Part shown: positions 1-9,310 of the stretch, piece after piece | How the letters are laid out: the number at the start of each line of letters is the position of its first letter | How positions within the stretch are numbered: the first letter of the stretch is position 1 | Origin: Anaerolineales bacterium | GTDB taxonomy: Bacteria; Chloroflexota; Anaerolineae; Anaerolineales; E44-bin32 | Length of the DNA: 64,000 nt | Assembly (NCBI GenBank): GCA_037382465.1 | Contig: JARRPX010000013.1 | Coordinates: forward strand, 6,640 to 70,639 | Direction: 5' to 3' | Notes under the pieces: model-generated | Told to the model about the DNA's origin: nothing | Database searches by the model: none | What the model saw: only the letters and a program-made list of their open reading frames with translations | Translations under genes and position numbers: made by a program

Positions 1-251
1 TGGAATATCTGTTGCCGCTGCTGCGCGTTGGTGGAAAAGCGGTGATCCAAAAGGGTGAGACCGGTCCTGTTGAAGCGCATGCTGCAGAGGAAGCGCTGCG
101 GATCTTAGGCGGAAGGCTGAAGCAGATCATTCCCCTCGAGTTGCCGCGCGTCGTCGAAACGCGTTATTTGATCGTGGTCGAAAAAAGCGCAGCGACGCCG
201 CCGAGATACCCTCGAAGGGTTGGCATTCCTGCGAAACGTCCCCTTGCATGA
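1..251 (+). CDS. rsmG: 16S rRNA m7G527 methyltransferase RsmG, C-terminal fragment (5' end outside window)
   Basis: The frame of ORF 12..251 stays open to the window edge. The tail 'RYLIVVEKSAATPPRYPRRVGIPAKRPL' matches the conserved RsmG/GidB C-terminus. Confidence 0.75.
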   Translation, partial: EYLLPLLRVGGKAVIQKGETGPVEAHAAEEALRILGGRLKQIIPLELPRVVETRYLIVVEKSAATPPRYPRRVGIPAKRPLA

Positions 252-275
252 ATCATTATTTCGATGCAGGCAGGA

Positions 276-1529
276 TCATTCATCCGGGAAAGAGGAAATG
301 ACCCCATCTGCAATCCGGCGCAGCACGGCACGGCTGCGAAATTCCTCGGTAAACATATCCAGATCGGCGGACGTGAGAATCGCTTGATGCGCCGTACTCA
401 GCCGTTCGAGTAAATCTGCTCTACGCATGGGGTCCAGTTCCGCCATGACTTCGTCTAAGAGCAAAACCGGGTATTCCCCGGTTTTCTGCCGTAGCCAATC
501 CACCTCGGCCAGTTGAGTCGCCAGCATGGCCGTGCGGTTCTGGCCGCGCGACCCGTAATATCGAAGATCGATGTCGTTGGCCAGAAACCGGAAATCGTCT
601 CGATGGGGGCCGATCGTGGTGGTACCGCGGGCGATCTCCTCGGTCCGTTTGCGTTGGAGAGCGGTCATCATCGTGGACTGGATTGCTTCTGCGCCGGTCT
701 GCTCCTCATCGTCAATCGGTGCGTTTTCTTCTCCCTTACCTGATTCGGATCGAGGCGATGGCAAGAACGATGGAAGATATTCCAGTCGTAAGCTTTCCTT
801 TCCCCGGGAGATGTCATGATGGATCGGGCGCGCGCGTTCATTGATCTCCTGCAGCGTGGCCAGGCGCGTCGTAATCAATGTGGCAGCGTACTCGCAAAGT
901 TTTTCATCCCAGTATGTGATCTCGCCTTTGCCGGGTTGGCGTTCCTGCAGCCGCTTGAGCAATGCGTTGCGCTGGGAAAGCACGGCGGTATATTCTGACA
1001 GGGCTTGGGCATAACCGGGATCCGCCTGGCAAAGTGCGTTGTCGAGGAAGTCGCGTCGTTCGGACGGCGAGCCTTCCACGACGCGCATGTCTTTGGGCAG
1101 GAACATCACCGCATTGAAGACGCCGGCCAACTGGCTTACTCTGCGTTTAACGCCGTTGACCAGCACCTCCCTGCGCAGGCGCTGGCTGTTCGTCGGGCCG
1201 ACGCTGTTGAGGATGATGCGGATTTCGATGCGCAGCGGTTTGGGTTTATGAGCCGCGCTTTCGGCTTCGTGTGATGCAAGTGTGTTGCGCTGGATTTCAG
1301 CCACGATACGGGCGAAAGGCGGCGAATCCTGCAGTGCATCGAAATGAATCAGGTGGCGGTCGTTGCTCGTGTGTGGGGATTGCGCAGTAGTCAGGTAATG
1401 GATGGCATCGAGCAGGCTCGTCTTTCCCTGTGCGTTTGCACCTACCAGAATGGTCACGCCTGCGGTGAAGGCCAGATCGAGACGAGTGAAGTTTCGAAAA
1501 TGGGTAAGCGACAGGTGGTTTAATTGCAT
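276..1529 (-). CDS. recF: DNA replication and repair protein RecF
   Basis: N-terminus 'MQLNHLSLTHFRNF...GANAQGKTSLLDAI' (Walker A) and C-terminal 'VLLLDEVMAELD' (Walker B). Full-length ORF. Two short insertions make it slightly longer (417 aa) than typical RecF. Confidence 0.93.
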   Translation of the reverse strand: MQLNHLSLTHFRNFTRLDLAFTAGVTILVGANAQGKTSLLDAIHYLTTAQSPHTSNDRHLIHFDALQDSPPFARIVAEIQRNTLASHEAESAAHKPKPLRIEIRIILNSVGPTNSQRLRREVLVNGVKRRVSQLAGVFNAVMFLPKDMRVVEGSPSERRDFLDNALCQADPGYAQALSEYTAVLSQRNALLKRLQERQPGKGEITYWDEKLCEYAATLITTRLATLQEINERARPIHHDISRGKESLRLEYLPSFLPSPRSESGKGEENAPIDDEEQTGAEAIQSTMMTALQRKRTEEIARGTTTIGPHRDDFRFLANDIDLRYYGSRGQNRTAMLATQLAEVDWLRQKTGEYPVLLLDEVMAELDPMRRADLLERLSTAHQAILTSADLDMFTEEFRSRAVLRRIADGVISSFPDE

Positions 1530-1614
1530 CGGCGCATGGATTGTAGCATAGGATCACGCCGCGGATCGGCCGGCGCGAAGCGTAATCTGAATATCAATTT
1601 ACGCCTATGATGTC

Positions 1615-2139
1615 CTACGCGCCCGGAGGAACTTCGACTTGGGTTTCTTCGATTTTCCAGACCTCGTTGGCGCGATCGATGAAGAGCACGCCATCGAGAT
1701 GATCGATTTCGTGCTGGAAAATACGCGCAAGCCAGCCATTGGGTTTCAGACGGAAGGGTTTTCCGTGCCGGTCGAGTCCTTTGACCGTGATCTTCTCGTA
1801 GCGTACGACTTCACCATAAAATCCTGGGATGGATAAGCAGGCTTCGTTTCCTAAAACCGTGTCCTTCGAACGGCGCACGATTTCGGGGTTTACGACGGCA
1901 TACAGCTTGGCAGGCTTGTTTTCCTTTTCAGGATCTTCAGAACCCTCGCCGTATTCGACGACGATCACGCGCTGCCCGATGTCCACTTGCGGAGCGGCCA
2001 GCCCCACGCCGTTGGCGGCGCGCATGGTTTCGATCATGTCCTCGATTAAAGTCTCGATGGCCGGTGTAATGCTGTGAACGTTCTTGGCGCGCTGGCGCAG
2101 TGTTGGATTTGGTGGGGTAACAATTTCACGGATAGCCAT
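1615..2139 (-). CDS. def: peptide deformylase
   Basis: All three deformylase motifs are present: 'GVGLAAPQV', 'EACLSIPG', 'QHEIDHLDG'. The start overlaps the upstream gene's stop by 14 nt. Confidence 0.95.
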   Translation of the reverse strand: MAIREIVTPPNPTLRQRAKNVHSITPAIETLIEDMIETMRAANGVGLAAPQVDIGQRVIVVEYGEGSEDPEKENKPAKLYAVVNPEIVRRSKDTVLGNEACLSIPGFYGEVVRYEKITVKGLDRHGKPFRLKPNGWLARIFQHEIDHLDGVLFIDRANEVWKIEETQVEVPPGA

Positions 2140-3793
2140 GGTTTTGATCTTCTTCGGATTCCGGGAACTTCTTTACGTTGGAATACTCATCGTGATAGAT
2201 ATCTAGTAATTCTACCATCTCGCTTTGACGCTGCTTGCGCTCCATCTCGTGTTGCCTTTGGATCAACGCCTCCTGGGCGTGAACGATGTCCTGCTGTACA
2301 CCCACGGGATCGAACACGCCTTCGAAGACGAACATGGCAGTGCCGATGTTGGTGACCACATCGCCGTAGTTCATGAAATAACCGAGAACGCCTTTGCGAT
2401 CGACCTCGGTGCTGAGCACGTTTTCCAGCGGCGCCACTTTACGCACTTCACGGGACAGCGGTTTCTTATAGACGTCGACGATCTGCTCCGGGGTAATCTG
2501 GTAGATGTCGTTGGACCAATCCACGTATCGATACCACCACCATAAAACCAGCACGATCTGCAGCAGAACGACGAGGGTGATGAACGTCGCTGTCGGGAGA
2601 AAAGTGACCCGGCTGGCAAATCCGGCGGCGAGCAGAATGACCGTAATCAGGATGAGGATGGAGGGAGCTGCAATCTCGCGCAGCAGAACGGCCCAGTGTT
2701 TGCGGTATGTAATGACGTCCTGTTCCTCATAGCGGACTTTGAAGAAGGAATGGAAGAGACCGGGTCTGCTCTCGGTTTGTTCCCGCATGGGCGCTTTTTC
2801 GATTTCGACTGTCGACTGCTCTTCCGGCTCGGGTTCCGGAGCGAGTCGCTGGCGAACGGCATCCCGTAAACTCTCGCGATCGGTCTGTTCCTGCTGGGTG
2901 CGCAAACGCTGCCAGTGCTCTTCAATGATGGCGGCCATGGCGGCGGGATTCTCCACGTTGCGGAAAACGACTTTGCCCGTATACGTGCGAATCACCACGT
3001 CGCCGTAGTCCATCATGCGGCCGACCATTTCCGTACTGACACTGACGGAAAGCAGCATGTGCAGCGGCGCTTCGACGCGGCTGTCGTAGATGCCGACGAT
3101 TTTTTCCAGCCAGACCGCCCTGCGATTGGTGACGATATAGTAATCGTTGCTCCAGTCGATCCAACGCCAGACGGCGAGGGCGAACGCAGATACGAGCATG
3201 ACTGCACCGACCCATGAAATTACCGTTTGTTCGCGAACGAGACCATAGATGATGAGCAGCGCGGCTGTGGCCAGAAGGAACATCGGCAGGGTGAGGGATT
3301 GAAACAGCAGCACGTTGTGCTTGCGCGCCAGGCCGTAGATCACTTCATCGTCGGCCAGCCAATCGAAGCGTACTTTCCGAGCCAACCGGCGGCTTTGGAC
3401 GGCGAATCGCAGACTTGCCAGCGCTGCGGGGTGCTGCTTCATGAAATCCGTCATCGCCAGCCGGTCCCAGCGGTAGACGATCGTGGGCAGAGCAGCTCGG
3501 ACAGTGGCGAATCGAGACTGGGTGTAGATCATCTCGATTTCCCCGAACGTGTCACCCGCTTTCAACTTGGCGAGTATGTCTTCCCCTCGTTCGGGATGCT
3601 TGTGAACAACCTCGACCTCGCCCTCGGCAATGAAATACATTGCCTTCGGCCGTGAGCCTTGATGGATGACGACCGTCCCCGCTTCGTACGTTTCGCGCTT
3701 CAGCGTAGCGGCCAGGGCGCGCATGTCGTCTTCCGGCTCCTGGCGTAAAAAGTGCGTACTGCACAGCAGATCGAACGCGGATGAAAACTTCAT
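2126..3793 (-). CDS. cyclic-nucleotide-binding domain protein with two membrane-embedded bPH (YdbT-like) modules
   Basis: N-terminal cNMP-binding motif 'GDTFGEIEMIYTQSRFATVRA'. Two repeats of a TM hairpin plus bPH-like segment follow ('WSNDYYIVTNRR...GDVVIRTYTG' and 'WSNDIYQITPEQ...GDVVTNIGT'). Start set at 'MKFSSAF' (ATG at 3793). The upstream 195 codons of ORF 2126..4378 lie antisense to ftsK and are low complexity. Confidence 0.75.
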   Translation of the reverse strand: MKFSSAFDLLCSTHFLRQEPEDDMRALAATLKRETYEAGTVVIHQGSRPKAMYFIAEGEVEVVHKHPERGEDILAKLKAGDTFGEIEMIYTQSRFATVRAALPTIVYRWDRLAMTDFMKQHPAALASLRFAVQSRRLARKVRFDWLADDEVIYGLARKHNVLLFQSLTLPMFLLATAALLIIYGLVREQTVISWVGAVMLVSAFALAVWRWIDWSNDYYIVTNRRAVWLEKIVGIYDSRVEAPLHMLLSVSVSTEMVGRMMDYGDVVIRTYTGKVVFRNVENPAAMAAIIEEHWQRLRTQQEQTDRESLRDAVRQRLAPEPEPEEQSTVEIEKAPMREQTESRPGLFHSFFKVRYEEQDVITYRKHWAVLLREIAAPSILILITVILLAAGFASRVTFLPTATFITLVVLLQIVLVLWWWYRYVDWSNDIYQITPEQIVDVYKKPLSREVRKVAPLENVLSTEVDRKGVLGYFMNYGDVVTNIGTAMFVFEGVFDPVGVQQDIVHAQEALIQRQHEMERKQRQSEMVELLDIYHDEYSNVKKFPESEEDQNHGYP

Positions 3794-3835
3794 GGCTGCA
3801 ATTGTAGCATGGGCGAGCGAAGGTCGCCGCTGCCG

Positions 3836-3844
3836 TGCTATAAT
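3836..3844 (+). promoter_or_regulatory. extended -10 promoter element (TGcTATAAT) for ftsK
   Basis: 'ccgTGcTATAAT' lies 19 nt upstream of the GTG start. A GGAG Shine-Dalgarno sits at 3854..3857. No convincing -35. Confidence 0.4.
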
Positions 3845-3863
3845 CCGACCTGCGGAGTCCCGA

Positions 3864-6143
3864 GTGACCAAAAAGAGAAAGACATCCTCCCGGCGAAAAA
3901 GTAAATCCAGGAGCAAGAGCGCTTCTTCCCAGCGCAGCTCTGCCCGCGGCTCGTTACTGAGCGGTTGGAGCCTGTCCCGGGATCGCAAGCTCGATTTGAT
4001 CGGATTGCTGCTGCTCGTTTTGAGCGTGATCACGAGCATCGCCCTCTTTACCGGCAGCCAGGGAGTCGTCATCGCGGCCTGGCTCGACGTGCTGCGTTGG
4101 ACGTTCGGTTGGGGGATGTACCTGGCTCTGCTTGCCGGTTTTGGATGCGGATTATGGCTCATGGCGCGTACCTTCGGGCGACAGCTTCCTGTGTTGGAAT
4201 TGGAACGCGTGATTGGAGTCGTACTGCTTTTCCTTGGGATGCTGACCTTCTTGCACGCCGTGTTGGGTGTCACCGATTTTGACACGGGCATGGCGGAGGC
4301 TCGTCTGGGTCGGGGTGGCGGTGCGATTGGCGCCGTGTTCCTGGCCATTTTGTTCGGTGCGCTGGGCGGGGCCGGCACCGCCGTAGTCCTACTGGCGTGG
4401 TTCCTGATCGGGATGATCCTCGCTGCCGGGCTTTCGATCCCGGAACTCTGGTCGCTGCTCGTCCAGGCGGTGCGGTGGGCAATCGACTTCCTCCGGGAAA
4501 AGGTTGCCGAGCCGCCGCAGCCGGCCTACATTTCGCCCGTCGTCGACAAAGCGCCTCCGGTCATCGCAGAGAAAGTCAGCGCGCCGCGTGAAGTGACCCG
4601 ACCGCAGCCCTCTGCGCAGGAAGAATTCCAGCACGAGGAAACCGCGTCCGAAAAAGCATGGTCGTTACCCGCATTGACCGAAATCCTCGATCTTGGTACG
4701 GCGGGGAAGGCAGATGAAGCTTTCGATCGCGAACGAGGCAAATTGATCGAAGAGACGCTCCAGGCGTTCGGTGCGCCGGCTCGTGTGGTGGAGATCAATC
4801 GAGGTCCCACGATCACACAGTTCGGGGTGGAACCGGATTTCATCGAAGGGCGCGGTGGCCGGCGAACCAAGGTGAAAGTGAGCAAGATTTCGGCGCTTGC
4901 GGACGATCTGGCCCTGGCGTTGGCAGCGCCGTCCATTCGTGTCGAGGCGCCCGTTCCGGGCAAAGGCTACATCGGCATCGAGGTGCCCAACACGGAAGTC
5001 ACACTCGTGGCGCTGCGGGATCTGATGGAATCTAGTCAATATCGAAAGATCAAATCACCCTTGCGGCTCGGGTTGGGCAAGGATGTTTCCGGGCATCCCG
5101 TTGTAGCCAATTTAACCAGAATGCCGCATCTGCTCATCGCCGGGACGACGGGTTCCGGCAAGTCGGTGTGTGTCAACGCCATCATCACTTCGCTGCTTTT
5201 GCAAAACACACCGGATCAACTGCGATACTTGATGGTCGATCCGAAACGCGTCGAGCTGACCTACTACAATGGAATTCCTCATCTACTTGCCCCGGTGATC
5301 GTCGATCTGGAGCGCGTGGTCCCTGCGCTGCAGTGGATTTCACGCGAAATGGATTCACGCTATCAACGGTTTTCCAAGGAAGGCATGCGAAATATCGAGG
5401 ATTACAATCGACGAATGCGAGACGTTCAAGGGAGAGAATTGCCGTATTTGGTCGTCGTGATCGACGAATTGGCAGACTTGATGATCATGGCACCTGATGA
5501 AACCGAGCGCGTCATCACGCGTCTGGCGCAGCTGGCGCGCGCTACGGGGATTCATCTGGTGATCGCGACGCAGCGTCCCTCGGTCGATGTGGTGACCGGA
5601 TTGATCAAGGCGAATTTTCCCTCGCGAATTGCGTTCGCCGTGGCATCTTCGGTCGACAGCCGCGTGATCCTGGATCAACCTGGAGCTGAAAGATTGCTCG
5701 GTCGAGGGGACATGCTTTTTCAGGCACCGGATGCCGCCGCACCGATTCGCATGCAGGGGGCCTTTGTATCCGAGGTCGAGCTCTCGAGGCTGATACGCTT
5801 TTGGAAAAACGCTGCGTTGGGCGGGGATGTGACCCAACCATCGCACATCGGTCCGGTCGAGACCATCCCTTCCGGCGTACCGCTCAAACAAGTGCCCATG
5901 TGGGACGAGGAAGATGCGGCGGACGAGGATTTAGATCCCTTGTACGATGAAGCGGTCGCAATCGTGCGCGAGATGCGTCGCGCCTCGATTTCTTTGCTGC
6001 AGCGGCGTTTGCGTATCGGCTACACTCGAGCGGCCCGGATCGTCGATCACCTCGAAGAGCAAGGCGTCATCGGACCAGCCAAAAGCGGCTCGAAGGCGCG
6101 CGAGGTGTTGGACTACGGCGGCATGGCGACTGCCGAAGAGTAA
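3864..6143 (+). CDS. ftsK: DNA translocase FtsK/SpoIIIE
   Basis: GTG start with GGAG 6 nt upstream. Basic N-terminus and about 4 TM helices. Walker A 'GTTGSGKSV', Walker B 'VVVIDELADL', and C-terminal gamma winged helix 'ISLLQRRLRIGYTRAARIVDHLEEQGVIG'. Confidence 0.92.
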   Translation: MTKKRKTSSRRKSKSRSKSASSQRSSARGSLLSGWSLSRDRKLDLIGLLLLVLSVITSIALFTGSQGVVIAAWLDVLRWTFGWGMYLALLAGFGCGLWLMARTFGRQLPVLELERVIGVVLLFLGMLTFLHAVLGVTDFDTGMAEARLGRGGGAIGAVFLAILFGALGGAGTAVVLLAWFLIGMILAAGLSIPELWSLLVQAVRWAIDFLREKVAEPPQPAYISPVVDKAPPVIAEKVSAPREVTRPQPSAQEEFQHEETASEKAWSLPALTEILDLGTAGKADEAFDRERGKLIEETLQAFGAPARVVEINRGPTITQFGVEPDFIEGRGGRRTKVKVSKISALADDLALALAAPSIRVEAPVPGKGYIGIEVPNTEVTLVALRDLMESSQYRKIKSPLRLGLGKDVSGHPVVANLTRMPHLLIAGTTGSGKSVCVNAIITSLLLQNTPDQLRYLMVDPKRVELTYYNGIPHLLAPVIVDLERVVPALQWISREMDSRYQRFSKEGMRNIEDYNRRMRDVQGRELPYLVVVIDELADLMIMAPDETERVITRLAQLARATGIHLVIATQRPSVDVVTGLIKANFPSRIAFAVASSVDSRVILDQPGAERLLGRGDMLFQAPDAAAPIRMQGAFVSEVELSRLIRFWKNAALGGDVTQPSHIGPVETIPSGVPLKQVPMWDEEDAADEDLDPLYDEAVAIVREMRRASISLLQRRLRIGYTRAARIVDHLEEQGVIGPAKSGSKAREVLDYGGMATAEE

Positions 6144-6212
6144 AGCTCCGTATCGACCCTCTCAAGTACCATATTTGACTCACTGCATTAAACTTAAAAT
6201 TTCTCGGAATAA

Positions 6213-6241
6213 TTGTCATACAATTCATCCCGTGATATTAT
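6213..6241 (+). promoter_or_regulatory. sigma70-type promoter of the BMP/ABC operon
   Basis: TTGTCA (6213..6218), 17-nt spacer, then TGaTATTAT (-10 at 6236..6241). The leader to the ATG at 6383 is about 135 nt. Confidence 0.45.
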
Positions 6242-6382
6242 GGTATTGTGATTGCAATTAGGAAACTCCCGACGAGTGAATTGGATTTCCAAACCACGGA
6301 GAAAGGAGTGAACCTGGAACACGAATCAGGCCCCGTATTCGCCCCAACTACAGTCAAACCAAAATAATTTTGGAGGAGAGAG

Positions 6383-7582
6383 ATGCGAAATAAGCTATAC
6401 GCAGTGTTGTCCTTTCTGATTTTTGCGTCGATGATTCTGAGTGCATGCGCCACGAAAACCGCTACTCCTACCGAGGAAATGGTTCCTCCAACTCCAACCG
6501 AGAAGCCGGTTGTGGCTGAAGAGCCGGCGGCGGCAACGGAAGCCGAGGAGCCCATGAAGCCCTTCCGCGTTGGGTTTGTCACCGACACGGGCGGCATTGA
6601 TGACAAGAGCTTCAACACCACACAGTGGAATGGCGTTCAGCGCGCGGTGAATGAGTTGGGCGTCGAGGCGCAGTTCATTCAATCTGACGAAGCAACGCAG
6701 TACGAGCCCAACCTGACGGAATTCGCCAGCCAGGGTTACGATTTGATCATTGCCTCCGGATTTTTCCTGGGTGGCGATCTCGCCAAAGTTGCGGCCCTCT
6801 ACCCGGATATTTCATTCACCATCGTCGACTATTCTTACCCTGATCCGTTCGGTGTCCCCGAAGGCGTTGTCGGAAACAGCGAGTGTATTCCGAATGTTGA
6901 GGGTCAGGTCTTCAAGACCGACCAGGCGGCGTTTTTGGCGGGTTACCTTGCGGCAGGCATGACCGAAACCGGCAAATTGGGCTACTTCGGCGGCGCCAAG
7001 ATCCCGACGGTGACGATATTTGGTGTCGGCTTCCAGGCCGGCATGGAATATTACAATGAGGTTCACGGTACGAGCGTCGAACTCATTGGCTGGGACAACG
7101 CAACGGGCGAAGGTTTGTTCACCGGTGATTTCGTTGACCTCACCAAGGGAAAGGAATCCACAGAGTCCCTTTTCGATGAAGGCGCTGATATTTTCATGGG
7201 GGTCGGCGGCTTGATTGGATCGCCCGGTTTCGACGTGGCGCGTGAGCGCGGCGGCTACGGCATCTGGGTCGACGTGGATGGCTACAACCTGCTGCCCGAG
7301 GCGCGGGACGTTCTCCTCACCAGCGTGATGAAGAACATGGACACCTCCGTCTTCACCGTTATCAAGGATACGATGGAGGGCAACTTCAACGGCTGCGGTG
7401 TCTACGTCGGCGATCTGGCAAACGACGGCGTTGGTATTGGCCCATACCACGATCTCGACAGTGTGGTCCCCGCTGATCTTAAGGCGGAGATCGAAGACCT
7501 CAAGGCGAAGATCATATCGGGCGAGATCAGCGACACGGGTTGTGTTTCATACCCGGACTACTGCCCCGGTGGCTTGTACTAG
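6383..7582 (+). CDS. BMP-family ABC transporter substrate-binding lipoprotein (nucleoside/purine type)
   Basis: Lipobox 'ILSAC', Pro/Thr/Glu linker, then BMP/PnrA signature 'FRVGFVTDTGGIDDKSFN'. RBS GGAGGAG. Confidence 0.88.
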   Translation: MRNKLYAVLSFLIFASMILSACATKTATPTEEMVPPTPTEKPVVAEEPAAATEAEEPMKPFRVGFVTDTGGIDDKSFNTTQWNGVQRAVNELGVEAQFIQSDEATQYEPNLTEFASQGYDLIIASGFFLGGDLAKVAALYPDISFTIVDYSYPDPFGVPEGVVGNSECIPNVEGQVFKTDQAAFLAGYLAAGMTETGKLGYFGGAKIPTVTIFGVGFQAGMEYYNEVHGTSVELIGWDNATGEGLFTGDFVDLTKGKESTESLFDEGADIFMGVGGLIGSPGFDVARERGGYGIWVDVDGYNLLPEARDVLLTSVMKNMDTSVFTVIKDTMEGNFNGCGVYVGDLANDGVGIGPYHDLDSVVPADLKAEIEDLKAKIISGEISDTGCVSYPDYCPGGLY

Positions 7583-7621
7583 TAGTCTCTCTGTGAGTAA
7601 AATCTAAGCAGAGAATCACTT

Positions 7622-7654
7622 CAGGCGGTGCCGTTGTACAATCGGCACCGCCTG
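7622..7654 (+). terminator. intercistronic hairpin (attenuating terminator) between binding-protein and ATPase genes
   Basis: 12-bp perfect stem 'caggcggtgccg'/'cggcaccgcctg' with a 9-nt loop, followed by a T-rich stretch 'ttgtacacttcttctgtattatt'. Confidence 0.5.
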
Positions 7655-7730
7655 TTGTACACTTCTTCTGTATTATTCGTATTTCAATTTGCCGGTTATG
7701 TTCAGAAATCCAGCTCAAAGGAACATACCT

Positions 7731-9278
7731 ATGACCCCGGTTTTGGAATTACGGAACATCACCAAGACGTTCCCAGGCGTAATCGCAAACGATAAGATCA
7801 ATTTGACTCTCCACGAAGGAGAAATCATGGCGCTATTGGGGGAAAATGGCGCCGGTAAAACCACGTTGATGAACATCCTTTACGGCCTGTATACTCCCGA
7901 CGAGGGTGAAATCTATATACGTGGAAAGAGGGTGGAGATCACTGGTCCGGAAGATGCAATTAAATTCAGGATCGGAATGGTGCACCAACACTTCATGTTG
8001 GTGCCTGTCTTTACTGTGACCGAGAACGTCATGTTGGGCATCGAGTCGACGCGCTATGGGGTCTTTCTTGATCGCGAACAAGCTGCCGAGCGAATTCGTG
8101 ACATCTCGTCGCAATACGGCCTGCAGATAGATCCCGACTCCTTGGTAGAAGATCTGTCGGTGGGCGTTCAACAACGTGTCGAAATTATCAAAGTCCTTTA
8201 TCGAGAAGCAGACATTCTCATTCTCGACGAACCAACCGCGGTTCTTACACCGCAGGAGGTCGATGAACTTTTCAAGGTCATTCGCTCACTCGTCGATCGG
8301 GGTAAGTCGGTCATCTTTATCACGCATAAGTTGAAGGAGGTCATGGCGATCGCCGACCGGATTACGGTACTGCGGAATGGCCACGTTGTCGGCGAGGCAA
8401 CCCCCGACACTGCTTCGGAAGCATCGTTGGCGAAAATGATGGTCGGGCGAGAGGTCATCATGGCGGCGGATCGCAAACCGCAAGCGGCGGGGGATGTGGT
8501 GCTTGATGTCCAGAATCTTATCGTGAGAGACGATCGCGATCTGGTGGCCGTTGATGGTGTATCTTTTCAATTGCGCCAGGGTGAGATCCTCGGCGTTGCC
8601 GGAGTGCAGGGGAACGGTCAAACTGAATTGGTGGAATCCCTGACCGGATTGCGAAGCGTTGAAGGTGGAAAGATAACGATCCTGGGGCAGGATACCACGA
8701 ACAGCACGCCTCGCAAGATACGGGAAGTTGGAACAGCGCACGTTCCGGAGGACCGCCAACAAGATGGCCTGGTGCTCTCCTTTCCGGTCGCGGATAACCT
8801 TGTTTTGAATACGTATTACGAGCCGCCTTTCGCAAAGGGTATAAATTTACAGCAGGATGCGATTGAGGAGGCGGCGGAATCTAGGGTAGAGTTGTTCGAT
8901 ATTCGCACACCCAGTATTTTTGTGCCGGTCGCTAATCTTTCCGGAGGAAACCAACAGAAGGTAATCGTCGCGCGCGAATTTTCGCGGCCCGTATCCGTGC
9001 TCATTGCCTCGCAGCCCACGCGTGGTTTAGACGTGGGCTCGATCGAATACATTCATAGCCGGATTCTTGAGAAGAGGGATGAAGGTTGTGGGGTCTTGCT
9101 GGTGTCTCCCGAATTGGATGAGATCATGAATCTATCGGATCGTATTGCGGTGATGTTTGAGGGGAAAGTTGTCGCCATCCTTGATGCCGCGGATGCGACC
9201 AAGGAGAAATTGGGCCTGCTGATGGCCGGCTTACGCGAGGAAGCAGCGGTGGAAGCCGGAAATCCTCAGAAAGGTTAG
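7731..9278 (+). CDS. ABC transporter ATP-binding protein (duplicated ATPase, sugar/nucleoside type)
   Basis: Two ABC cassettes. First: 'GENGAGKTT', 'LSVGVQQRVEI', 'ILILDEPT'. Second: 'GVQGNGQTEL', 'LSGGNQQKV'. ATG at 7731 is preceded by 'aaagga'. An alternative TTG start lies at 7689. Confidence 0.92.
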   Translation: MTPVLELRNITKTFPGVIANDKINLTLHEGEIMALLGENGAGKTTLMNILYGLYTPDEGEIYIRGKRVEITGPEDAIKFRIGMVHQHFMLVPVFTVTENVMLGIESTRYGVFLDREQAAERIRDISSQYGLQIDPDSLVEDLSVGVQQRVEIIKVLYREADILILDEPTAVLTPQEVDELFKVIRSLVDRGKSVIFITHKLKEVMAIADRITVLRNGHVVGEATPDTASEASLAKMMVGREVIMAADRKPQAAGDVVLDVQNLIVRDDRDLVAVDGVSFQLRQGEILGVAGVQGNGQTELVESLTGLRSVEGGKITILGQDTTNSTPRKIREVGTAHVPEDRQQDGLVLSFPVADNLVLNTYYEPPFAKGINLQQDAIEEAAESRVELFDIRTPSIFVPVANLSGGNQQKVIVAREFSRPVSVLIASQPTRGLDVGSIEYIHSRILEKRDEGCGVLLVSPELDEIMNLSDRIAVMFEGKVVAILDAADATKEKLGLLMAGLREEAAVEAGNPQKG

Positions 9279-9310
9279 GGGTTCGAAAAAGGAAATAAGG
9301 AGTGTGTTCC

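Noticed and set aside
3794-4378. N-terminal 195-codon extension of ORF 2126..4378
   Set aside because: The extension is Pro/Ser/Arg-rich low-complexity sequence lying antisense to the ftsK 5' region. The recognisable protein begins at 'MKFSSAF' (ATG at 3793).
6242-6382. ~140-nt leader of the BMP nucleoside-type transporter operon, considered as a possible purine or nucleoside riboswitch
   Set aside because: I could find neither the purine-riboswitch conserved loops (e.g. 'UAUAAUC..GGAUAUGGC', 'CCGUAAA') nor any convincing multi-stem junction. Only short 4-5-bp hairpins are present.
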